Shown here piece by piece: positions 21,635 to 30,800 of a stretch of 64,000 bases of DNA. The stretch's first letter is position 1. Each line of letters begins with the position of its first letter. A program made the position numbers and the translations under genes. The notes beneath the pieces were generated by a model. That model was not told the origin of the DNA. It saw nothing but the letters and a program-made list of their open reading frames with translations, and ran no database searches. The DNA is from Chloroflexota bacterium (GTDB lineage Bacteria; Chloroflexota; Dehalococcoidia; UBA2979), in the NCBI GenBank assembly GCA_027593235.1, contig JAQCIU010000002.1, positions 64,001 through 128,000 on the forward strand, in the 5' to 3' direction.

Positions 21635-21668
21635 GGGGTCTTCGACCCCTGTTCTGACCCTTCGGGTT
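21635..21668 (+). repeat. Double CTTCG-hairpin element, copy 2
   Basis: GGGGTCTTCGACCCC-tgttc-TGACCCTTCGGGTT directly after the PAP2 stop codon. Confidence 0.6.
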
Positions 21669-21671
21669 CGT

Positions 21672-21848
21672 TTAACGGTCTGCTGGCGACGGCAGGCCGA
21701 AGTGTTCGTGCGCGCGCGTGGCTGCGGTCGCGGGGTCGAGCTGCGTGTTGTCGATCCTCAGGTGGTGTTTGGGCCAGGGGAACGGGTGTTCCCTGGTCGA
21801 ATTGACGGCCGGCGGTCCGACGATGGCGACGAGCCAGGGGCTATTCAT
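21672..21848 (-). pseudogene. Internally deleted P-loop (shikimate kinase/AAA-like) gene remnant, 58 aa
   Basis: Manual translation MNSPWLVAIVGPPAV-NSTREHPFPWPKHHLRIDNTQLDPATAATRAHEHFGL; AAGGA RBS. Confidence 0.6.
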
Positions 21849-21940
21849 CGATTTCGTTCCTTACGCCGGGGACACAGACTATCGATCCTGAACGCAAGAT
21901 CGATCGCTCGCTAAGCTGGGCCTGAAGCGCCGGGAGTGCG

Positions 21941-22720
21941 ATGCGGATTTCGACGTGGAATGTGAATTCGATTCGGACGCGGGAGGACCGCGTGTTGTTG
22001 TGGCTCGACGAGCACGAGCCGGATGTGTTGTGCATGCAAGAGACGAAGGTCGTGGATGACGACTTTCCTCGGGAGGGGTTTGAGGCGCGGGGTTACGAGC
22101 TGTCGATCTTCGGACAGCGGACCTACAACGGGGTGGCGATCGCCTCGAGGTTGCCGATCACAGATGTGGCGCTGGGGTTGCCGCTCGACGGGGACGAGGA
22201 GGCGCGCGGGATCGCGGCGACGATAGGCGGAGTGCGGATCGTCGATCTCTACGTGCCGAACGGGCGGAAGCTGGGGACGGACAAGTTCGAGTACAAGCTC
22301 GCCTGGCTGGACGCGATGGCGCGATGGCTGGGGGAGCGATGTGACCCGGCGGAGCCGCTAGCAGTGGTGGGGGACTTCAACATCGCGCCGGACGATCGGG
22401 ACCTTCACGATCCGGCCGCCTGGGCGGGCGGGGTGATGTGCAGCGACGCGGAGCGTGCGCGGCTGCAGGCGCTGCTGAACTGGGGGCTGTTCGACTCGCT
22501 GCGCGAGGTGACCGAGGAGGCTGGGGTGTTCACGTGGTGGGACTATCGAGGTGGAGCGTTCCGCTTCAACCAGGGGCTGCGCATCGATCTTGCGCTGGTC
22601 ACGGAGCCGCTGCGCGCGCGAATCGAGTCGGTGACGTGCAGCCGGGACGATCGCAAGGTACGGGCGGGCGTGGAGAAGCCGTCCGATCACGTCCCGGTGA
22701 CGCTGGAGCTACGCGACTGA
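21941..22720 (+). CDS. xth: Exodeoxyribonuclease III
   Basis: TWNVNSIR, LCMQETK, YNGVA, YVPNG, GDFNIAP, RID, SDHVP. Confidence 0.95.
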   Translation: MRISTWNVNSIRTREDRVLLWLDEHEPDVLCMQETKVVDDDFPREGFEARGYELSIFGQRTYNGVAIASRLPITDVALGLPLDGDEEARGIAATIGGVRIVDLYVPNGRKLGTDKFEYKLAWLDAMARWLGERCDPAEPLAVVGDFNIAPDDRDLHDPAAWAGGVMCSDAERARLQALLNWGLFDSLREVTEEAGVFTWWDYRGGAFRFNQGLRIDLALVTEPLRARIESVTCSRDDRKVRAGVEKPSDHVPVTLELRD

Positions 22721-22771
22721 CGCTGGGTATACGACGCGGAATTGTCGAAACGGTGGATGAAGGGGTAGCGG

Positions 22772-23551
22772 GTGACCGACGACTACAGCTCGATGATGGA
22801 GCGGCTCGTTGAGCTGGCGGTGCGCGCTGGCGAGGAGATCCTGGAGGTGTACGCGCAGGATTTCGAGGTGCTGTCGAAGGCGGACGAGTCGCCGGTGACC
22901 GCCGCCGATGAGCGGGCGGAGCGAGTGATCCTCGACGGCCTCGCGGAGATCGCGCCGGGGGTTCCCGTGGTGGCGGAGGAGAGCGTGGCGGCGGGGCATG
23001 TGCCGGACGTGTCCGGCGGCCGCTTCTTCCTGGTGGATCCACTGGATGGGACGAAGCAGTTCATCGAGCGAAACGGGCAGTTCACGGTGAACATCGCACT
23101 GATCGAGGATGGCGTGCCGCTGTTGGGGGTGGTGCACCTGCCGGCCCTGGCGGAGACGTACTGGACCGACGGGCGCGGTGGGGCCCGCCGTCGCGTCGGT
23201 GGCCGTGCCGCTGAGTCGATCCATTGCCGAGCGCCGGAAGCGGGTGGACTGGTGGTGATGGCCAGCCGATCGCACCGGAACCAGGAGACCGAGGACTACC
23301 TGGCGACGCTGCCGATCAAGGAACTGGATGCGTCAGGATCGTCGTTGAAGTTCTGTCGAGTCGCCGAGGGGGCGGCGGATCTGTATCCGCGGCTGGGGCG
23401 GACGATGGAGTGGGACGTCGCGGCCGGGCATGCGGTGCTGGCGGCTGCCGGTGGGTCGATGACGACGTTCGATGGCGGGGTGTTCGGCTACGGGAAGCCG
23501 GGGTTCGAGAACCCGCATTTCATTGCTCGCGGGCTTGCCGCCGTCGAGTAG
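22772..23551 (+). CDS. cysQ: 3'(2'),5'-bisphosphate nucleotidase
   Basis: SPVTAAD, LVDPLDGTK, SRSH, GSSLKFC, EWDVAAG. Confidence 0.93.
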   Translation: MTDDYSSMMERLVELAVRAGEEILEVYAQDFEVLSKADESPVTAADERAERVILDGLAEIAPGVPVVAEESVAAGHVPDVSGGRFFLVDPLDGTKQFIERNGQFTVNIALIEDGVPLLGVVHLPALAETYWTDGRGGARRRVGGRAAESIHCRAPEAGGLVVMASRSHRNQETEDYLATLPIKELDASGSSLKFCRVAEGAADLYPRLGRTMEWDVAAGHAVLAAAGGSMTTFDGGVFGYGKPGFENPHFIARGLAAVE

Positions 23552-23663
23552 CGTCGGGTTCTGGAAAACCTCCACCCGCTGACGTCGATGGCGCGCGGGT
23601 TGGGTCCCCCGTCTCCCCTCCGCGATACCCAAGTCCCGTCTCGTTGGTCGTCCGCTGGGCGCG

Positions 23664-24026
23664 TTAGTCGAAGATGACCTCGACGAGGGGGGCGCCGTCG
23701 ACCCAGGCGTCGAGCGGCGGCTGGTCGGCGTTGAGGCCGGCGACGATCGGCGCGAGCAGCTGGCGGCGTTCGGTTTCGTCGAGGATCGGGCGTGAGGTCG
23801 CCGAGAGATCGGCGTGGTGGCTGCCTTTGAGGTGGAAGGTGAACCGCGGCTGCGCGCGCAAGTTGGCGTACCAGGAGCGGCGACCGGGCCGTCCGGTGAT
23901 GAAGGTGCGGCCTTCGAGGTGGTGGAACCAGATCTCGATACGCCGTGGGTCGCCGGACGTGCGGCCAGTGGTGGTGATGTCGATGACCTTGTCGGTCTGG
24001 AGGGCGGCGGCGGCGGCGGTGTCCAT
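23664..24026 (-). CDS. Deazaflavin (F420H2)-dependent nitroreductase-family protein
   Basis: ITTTGRTSG..R and WYANLRAQP motifs. Confidence 0.8.
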   Translation of the reverse strand: MDTAAAAALQTDKVIDITTTGRTSGDPRRIEIWFHHLEGRTFITGRPGRRSWYANLRAQPRFTFHLKGSHHADLSATSRPILDETERRQLLAPIVAGLNADQPPLDAWVDGAPLVEVIFD

Positions 24027-24224
24027 GGCTTCTCCTCGATCGCGGGTCGTGCCGCGCGTTGTTTCGTGGCGACGCGGCCAGATGAGGTGCGCAGGGTAGT
24101 GGTTTCCCCGCGGTCGGGGCCCGTCCGAATGGGCGGTCGATGGTGCTGCTGACCCTGATTCGGTGCCGAGCGGGGCTCTCTACACTCGCCTGATAGGCGT
24201 CCGCCTCGTGCGGAAGGGTGTGTC

Positions 24225-25574
24225 GTGAAGATTCCCGAGGTGCTGCGGATCGAGGTCGTGCATCGCGCCGGCAGCCTGGCGCGCGTGCTGGGCGTGGTTG
24301 CCGAAGCAGGACTGCTGGTTGAGGACCTCGTCGCCGTGGAGCGCGGTCCCGGCTGCACGATCTGGGAGCTGACAACGGAGCTGGACGAGGGCTTCGATCT
24401 GGCGCGCCTGGAGAAGATCAACGAGCTGCCAATCGCACGGCTGCTGGGCACCTCGGATCGGGTGTTCGCGCTGCATGAGGGTGGGAAGATCGAGACCCGT
24501 TCGCGGATGCCGATCGCGACGGATCAGCTCTTGCGTGACATCTACACGCCGGGCGTGGCGCGGGTCTGCCTCGCGATTCGCGACGACCCCTCGTTGCAGC
24601 GGGCGTACACGCGGATCGGGAACTCGGTCGCGATCGTGACGGATGGGACCGCGGTGCTCGGCCTGGGGAACATCGGGCCGGTTGCCGGGATGCCGGTGAT
24701 GGAGGGCAAGGCCGCGCTCTTTCACGAGCTGGCCGGTATCTCGGGCACGCCGATCCTGCTGCAGCCCGGGAGCCCCGAGGAGCTGGTGGAGACGATCGTG
24801 CGGATCTCCCCGACCTTCGGCGCGATCCAGCTCGAGGATATCGGTGCGCCGGCCTGCTTCGAGATCGAGCGCGCGCTGGTGGAGCGGCTCGACCGGCCGG
24901 TGTTGCACGACGATCAGCACGGAACGGCGGTGGTGGCGCTGGCGGCGTTGCTGACCGCGACGCGCCGATTCGGCATCGATCTGAGCGAGTGCACGGTTGG
25001 GCAGGTAGGGCTGGGCGCCGCCGGGATCGGGATCGCGCGGCTGCTGTTGCATCGCGGAATCAGCCACCTGATTGGCTCTGATCTGCGGCCGGAGGCGATC
25101 GAGCTGTTCAGCGGCTTTGGCGGGCAGCCGGCGGACCTCGAGAGCGTGATGGCGAAGTCGGAGATCGTGATCGCGACCACCGGTGTGCGCGGGCTGATTC
25201 GCCCTGAACTGGTCCGCGAGGGCAAGCTCATCCTGGCGCTGACGAACCCCGATCCCGAGATCGAGCCGGCGGTCGCCCTCGAGCGTGGGGCGCGCTACGC
25301 CGCCGACGGGAAGTCGGTGAACAACGTCCTTGGCTTCCCGGGGCTGTTCCGAGGCGCGCTCGACGCGCAGGCGCGCGCGTTCTCGATGGAGATGCTCGAC
25401 GCCGCGGCGAACCGCCTGTCCGAGCTGGCGACTGGCGAGCACCTGGTGCCGTCGCCACTCGATCGATCAGTGCACTCGCAGGTCGCCGAGGCGGTAGCCG
25501 AGGCCGCGCGCGGTGAGGTGCAGACCCCGCTGTACGAGGGATTGTCCTCGGAACGGGCGGAAGCGGCCGCTTAG
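24225..25574 (+). CDS. Malic enzyme with N-terminal ACT domain
   Basis: [50 protein letters not shown]. Confidence 0.92.
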   Translation: MKIPEVLRIEVVHRAGSLARVLGVVAEAGLLVEDLVAVERGPGCTIWELTTELDEGFDLARLEKINELPIARLLGTSDRVFALHEGGKIETRSRMPIATDQLLRDIYTPGVARVCLAIRDDPSLQRAYTRIGNSVAIVTDGTAVLGLGNIGPVAGMPVMEGKAALFHELAGISGTPILLQPGSPEELVETIVRISPTFGAIQLEDIGAPACFEIERALVERLDRPVLHDDQHGTAVVALAALLTATRRFGIDLSECTVGQVGLGAAGIGIARLLLHRGISHLIGSDLRPEAIELFSGFGGQPADLESVMAKSEIVIATTGVRGLIRPELVREGKLILALTNPDPEIEPAVALERGARYAADGKSVNNVLGFPGLFRGALDAQARAFSMEMLDAAANRLSELATGEHLVPSPLDRSVHSQVAEAVAEAARGEVQTPLYEGLSSERAEAAA

Positions 25575-26065
25575 TCGCGCGCGATCGAGGCGACGACGGC
25601 CTCGGTCAGTGTGGCGAGGTCGGCGGGTGCCAGCACGATCTCGAGGCCACGCCGTCCGGCGCTGACGTAGATCGTTTCGTGGTCGTTCGCTGAAGCGTCG
25701 AGCGCGGTCGCCAGGCGACGCTTCTGGCCGAGCGGGCTGATGCCGCCCACGACATAACCGGTGGAGCGTTCGGCCTCGGCGGGTGGTGCCATCTCGGCGC
25801 GCCGCGCACCGAGGGCACGCGCGAGCGCCTTCAGGTCGAGCTGCCGGTCAACGGGGACGATCGCGGTGGCCAGTCGCTGACCGTCCAGCTTCGCGACGAG
25901 TGTCTTGAAGACGCGTCCAGGCGCGATGCCGAGCACCTCGGCGGCTTCGAGGCCGTAGGCCGCGGCGCGCGGGTCGTGATCGTAGGTGGCGATCTCGTAG
26001 GGGATGCCAGCGGCGCGAGCGGCGTCGACGCCGGGGGTCATGGATCGCGATGCGCGTGCGGCCAT
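25571..26065 (-). CDS. ybaK: Cys-tRNA(Pro) deacylase
   Basis: VFKTLV, LDLKALA, TGYVVGGISPLGQK, SAGRRGL; TACCAT 7 nt upstream of the ATG. Confidence 0.93.
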   Translation of the reverse strand: MAARASRSMTPGVDAARAAGIPYEIATYDHDPRAAAYGLEAAEVLGIAPGRVFKTLVAKLDGQRLATAIVPVDRQLDLKALARALGARRAEMAPPAEAERSTGYVVGGISPLGQKRRLATALDASANDHETIYVSAGRRGLEIVLAPADLATLTEAVVASIARD

Positions 26066-26115
26066 GGGGGCGATGGTAGTGGCCGGGCGGATCGGGGTCA
26101 CGACTTACTGATATC

Positions 26116-26158
26116 AGGACGGATGTTCTTGTAAATCAGAACGTGTGTTCTATATGAT
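26116..26158 (+). promoter_or_regulatory. SOS promoter with LexA boxes upstream of imuB
   Basis: AGAAC-GTGT-GTTCT at 26138-26151 and a degenerate AGGAC-GGAT-GTTCT at 26116-26129; TTGTAA (26129) and TATGAT (26153) with an 18-nt spacer. Confidence 0.85.
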
Positions 26159-26187
26159 GACGGTCGCCTCTTGGCGGGGGTGTCCAA

Positions 26188-27501
26188 ATGTCGATCGCCT
26201 GTCTCCTCGTTCCATCGCTTGCCCTCACCTGTGAGCTCGTCGAGCGCCCGCAACTGGTCGGTCGCGCGGTCGCGCTCGCTGACGAGGCGGGCCTGCGCGT
26301 GTTCGAAACCACGCCACAGGCGATGCAACGAGGCGTGCGCGTAGGGATGACGCTGCGCGAGGCGGTCGCGCTGTGCCCGGCGCTCGCAGTCCTCGAACAG
26401 CGCCCGGCGCGCATCGTGCAGGCGGCCGAACGGCTGATCGAGGCGGTCGGGCAGGTGAGCCCGCTGGTCGAAGAGGTCGAGCCGGGCGTCGTGCTTGCCG
26501 ACCTCGTTGGTCTCGAAGGGCTGTACCCGGACACCGCGCGACTGGCGGAGGCGCTGCTGAAGTGGGCGCCTCGGGAGCTACGCCCGCGGCTCGGCATTGC
26601 CGAGGAGCGCTTCACGGCGATCGCGGCGGCGTATGCCGTCGAGTTGGAGCGCGCGCCGGACGTAGCGAAGCTGGGGCCGGGACTGTCTGCCCGCGGTGTC
26701 TTTGACATGACGCCGCCAACCGTAGGAGCGACAGCGCGTGTCGCCGTCCTCGATGCCCCGGCCCGCGAGGCACCGCGCTGGATCCGCGTCCCCCGAGGCG
26801 AGAGCGCCGCATTCCTCGCGGATCGTCCGGCGCGGCTGTTGCCGCTCGAACTGGCGGCGCTGGCGCAGCTCGCGCTGTTCGGCGTGCGTACCGTCGGCGA
26901 GTTCGCGGCGCTGCCGAGGCATGCCGTGGCGGCGCAGTTCGGGACGGCGGGCGATCGCGCCTGGCTTGCCGCTACCGGCACGGATCCGACGCCGGTGCGA
27001 CCGCGGCCGTTCGCGGGGGAGCGGGTGATCGAACAGAGCCAGGCGGAGCCGCCGCTGGTCAGCCGCGAGTCGATGGCGCTGCACGCCCGCCAGCTGCTGC
27101 ATCGGGCGATGCGCCAACCTCGGGCGTCACGCCGGTTCGTGCGCTTCGTGCGGCTGCGCGCGGTGACGGACGACGACCGGCTCTGGGAGAAGACGCAGAC
27201 GCTGCGTGAGCCGACGGGCGACCGCGACCGGTTGCTGATCGTGCTGCACACGTTCATCGAGTACTCGGAGTTCCCGGGGCCGATCGCGCACCTGGAGCTG
27301 GCGCTGGGTGGGCTGACCTCGGAACAGGGGCGGCAGGGCGGGCTGTTCCTCGATCACGCGCGCCGGCGCGAACAACTGGACGAGATGGTGCGGCAACTGA
27401 AGGTGCGCTTCGGCCGCTCGCCGATGACGCAGGTCGTGGAGGTGGAACCGTGGAGTCGACTCCCCGAACGCCGGTTCGCGCTCATGGACTACGACCCCTA
27501 G
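26188..27501 (+). CDS. imuB: ImuB-like catalytically inactive Y-family polymerase
   Basis: GVRVGMTLREAVALCP and SPLVE motifs; catalytic D and DE missing; QGGLF clamp-like motif; upstream of dnaE2. Confidence 0.85.
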   Translation: MSIACLLVPSLALTCELVERPQLVGRAVALADEAGLRVFETTPQAMQRGVRVGMTLREAVALCPALAVLEQRPARIVQAAERLIEAVGQVSPLVEEVEPGVVLADLVGLEGLYPDTARLAEALLKWAPRELRPRLGIAEERFTAIAAAYAVELERAPDVAKLGPGLSARGVFDMTPPTVGATARVAVLDAPAREAPRWIRVPRGESAAFLADRPARLLPLELAALAQLALFGVRTVGEFAALPRHAVAAQFGTAGDRAWLAATGTDPTPVRPRPFAGERVIEQSQAEPPLVSRESMALHARQLLHRAMRQPRASRRFVRFVRLRAVTDDDRLWEKTQTLREPTGDRDRLLIVLHTFIEYSEFPGPIAHLELALGGLTSEQGRQGGLFLDHARRREQLDEMVRQLKVRFGRSPMTQVVEVEPWSRLPERRFALMDYDP

Positions 27502-27806
27502 GCCTCCCGCGTCCGGTCCGTGTCGAGGTGAACGCGCGCGGGATGCCGCAGCGGATCGATCTCGGGATCGCCGTCGGCCCTCGGGGTAAGCGGCGCGTCG
27601 CGCGCGACGCGCGCTGGATCGCGGTGCTCGACGTGGCCGAGGTGTGGCGTATCGGCGAGGAGTGGTGGCGCGAGCAGCCGATCCGGCGGACCTACTTCCA
27701 CGTGGTGGTCGAGGGTGGTCGAGGCGTAACGGTCTTTCGCGACGAACTGGCAGTAGCGCTCGGCGGTCACGAAGCAGGCGGAGGCTGGTTTGAACAGCAC
27801 TACTAA
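27450..27806 (+). CDS. Small protein resembling the ImuB C-terminal domain
   Basis: LRPLGLPRPVRV...WRIGEEWW...RRTYFHV..EGG..TVFRD...W; GGAGGT RBS before GTG 27450; overlaps imuB by 52 nt. Confidence 0.75.
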   Translation: MESTPRTPVRAHGLRPLGLPRPVRVEVNARGMPQRIDLGIAVGPRGKRRVARDARWIAVLDVAEVWRIGEEWWREQPIRRTYFHVVVEGGRGVTVFRDELAVALGGHEAGGGWFEQHY

Positions 27807-27837
27807 GGCCTTCGGCCTCGGTGTGACGCTTCGCGCC
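27806..27837 (+). repeat. Double CTTCG-hairpin element, copy 3
   Basis: AGGCCTTCGGCCT-cggtg-TGACGCTTCGCGCC, between the small ORF stop and dnaE2. Confidence 0.6.
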
Positions 27838-27860
27838 TGGTTGCTGGGGTGGGTGCTCGC

Positions 27861-30800
27861 ATGAATCTCTGGCCGGGGAGTCAGTCGAACGATCACTTCT
27901 GCTCGGATCACGGGCCCAAGCATCAGCATGGACCCGATCGCTGGGAGTCGTTCGCCGCGCAGCGCGCCGAGGTCGACGCGCAGGTTGAGTACGACACGCC
28001 TCGGTCGCTCGCGACGCGCGATCCGACGGATCCGGTGCCGATCGAGGTCCTCGATGCGGTGCCGTACGTGGAGTTGCACGCGCACTCGAACTACTCGCTC
28101 CTCGAGGGCGCATCCAGCATCGAGGAGCTGGTGTGGGAGGCGCGCGAGCAGGGGCATGCGGCGCTGGCGCTGACGGATCACAACGGGATGTTCGGGTCGA
28201 TGGAGTTCGCGCGCGCGGCAAAGGAAGCTGGCCTGCGCCCGATCACCGGCCTCGAACTCACGGTGGTGGAGCCCAATCCCGAGGATGGCCGCGCCTGGTA
28301 CGAGCGCAGCCCCGCGGCGGGACGCAGCGACCGAGGGCGCAAACCCGTCCGAGGCGTCGCCGTCCAGCGAGAAGGCTTGCTGGCGCCGCGCGGGCGGTCG
28401 CACGTGACGCTGCTGGCGGAGACGAAGCAGGGCTACTCGAATCTCTGCCGGCTCTCCAGCATCGCGTTCGGGCTCCTCGAGGAGAGCGACGCGGCGAAGG
28501 AGGAGCGGCGGCTCGATCCGTGCATCGCGATCGCGCAGCTCGAGGCGCATAGCGAGGGGCTGATCCTGCTGACCGGCTGCCGCGACAGCTCGGTGGCGCG
28601 GCTGGCCGGGGAGGGGCAACTCGATCAGTCGGAGGCGGCGCTGCGGCGGTTCGTGGAGTGGTTTGGCCTCGAGAGTGTGTTCGTGGAGTTGCAGGACAAC
28701 CTCGTATTTGGGGACCGGCCTCGGAACCGCGCGCTGGTGCAGGTGGCGGAGCGGGTCGGGGTGGGCGTCGTCGGCACGGGGAACGTGCACTACCACGACC
28801 GCAAGCGGCACCGACTGCAGGACGTGATGGTGGCGATCCGGTCGCGGAAGTCGCTCGATGAGTCGCACCAGGAGCGGCGGCCGAACGCGGAGTTCTACCT
28901 GCGCTCACCGGAGCGGCAGGCGCGTCGCTTCGAGGCGTATCACCCGGACGCGGCGGCCAACTCCGTGCGGATCGCCCGCCGCTGCGCGTTCGACCTGACC
29001 GAGGACCTCGGCTTCCGCCTGCCGTCGCCGGAGACGGAGAGCGGGCGCCCGCCGATCGAGGAGCTGGGCGCGATCTGTCGCGTGCGGCTGTACGAGCGCT
29101 ACGCGACCGCGACGACGCAGGATCGTGAGGTGGCGGAGGCGCGGCTGGAGCACGAGCTGCGGCTGATCGAGATGAACGGACTGGCCGGGTTCTTCCTCGT
29201 CTACCACCAGATCTTCGAGCTGGCCTCGGAGGTGGCGGACGAGGTGCGCGGGACCGAGGCACGACGGCGCGCGAACATGCCGCCGGGGCGCGGGCGGGGG
29301 TCCTCGGTGGCGTCGATCGTCTGTTACCTGATCGGGCTGTCGCACATCGACCCGATCAAGAACAACCTGACCGTGGACCGCTTCCTCAACGAGGGCATGC
29401 GCACGTTCCCGGACATCGACCTGGATTTCGCGCGCGACATCCGCGCCGAGCTGATCGAGCGCGTCTACCGGGTGTGGGGCAAGGAGCACGCAGCGCTGGT
29501 CGCGATCTTTCCGACCTACCGCCTGAAGAGCGCCATCCGTGACATCGGCAAGGCGCTCGGACTGCCCTCGGCGGAGCTGGAGCGCCTGGCGAAGAAGTCC
29601 AACCCGCATGGCGGCATCGAAGATTTGCCCGAGGAACTCGCGCGCCTGCCCGAGTTCGCTGACCGGCTGGAGACGCAGGCGTGGCGCGACCTTCTGGAGC
29701 TGTCTCAGGAGCTGGCCGGCTTCCCGCGCCACCTCTCGCAGCACGTCGGCGGGATGGTGATCTCCTCGGAGCCGCTGATCGACTTCGTGCCCTGCCAGCC
29801 GGCCGCGTGGCCCAACCGCTACATCTGCCACTGGGACAAGGACAGCGTCGACGACGCGAAGATGGTCAAGATCGACTTCCTCGGCCTCGGCATGCTCTCC
29901 GTCGTCGAGGAGACCGCCGACCTGATCGCCGAGCAGGGCCACCGCCCGCTCGACCTCTCCCGCATCGCCTTCGACGACAGCGACGTCTACGACGACATCT
30001 GCCGAGGTGACACCGTCGGTGTCTTCCAGATCGAGTCGCGCGCCCAGATCGCGATGCTCCCTCGGACGCAGCCGCGCAACCTCGAGGACCTCACGGTGCA
30101 GGTGTCGATCGTGCGGCCGGGCCCGATCGTCGGTGGCGCGGTGAATCCGTACGTGCGCGAGCGGGAGAAGCAACGCCGCCTCGGAGACCGCTACACGCCG
30201 CCGAACGTGCACGAGTGCGTGAACGACGTGCTCGGCGAAACGCTCGGCGTCGTGCTGTTCCAGGAGCAGGTCGTGCAGGTCGCGCGCCAGATGGGCGGCT
30301 TCACCGCCGGGCAGGCGGAGCAGTTCCGCCGCGCGATGAGCCGCAAACGCTCGCTCGCCGCGATGCAGCGCTACGAGCAGGACTTCATGGACGGCGCCGC
30401 CTCGAGAGGTGTGCCGCCGGTGACGGCTGAGCGGATGTTCCAGAACCTGCTCGGCTTCGCCGAGTTCGGCTTCCCGAAGAGCCACGGCGCCGCGTTCGGC
30501 CTGCTCGCGTACCAGACGAGCTGGCTGAAGCGGTACCACCCGGCGCCGTTCACCTGCGCGCTCTTCAACAACCAGCCGATGGGCTTCTACCCGCCGCACG
30601 TCCTCACCAACGACGCCAAGCGCCACGAGATCGAGGTGCTGCGACCGGACATCAACGTGAGTAAGGCGCGCTGCTCGGTGGAGTTGCCATCCTCGGGAGG
30701 TGGTGCACGGGGGGCGGTGCGCGTCGGCCTCGGCTACGTGCGCGGCGTCGGCCAGGCGGCCAGCGAACGTATCGAGTACGAGCACATGCTCGGCGGCGAC

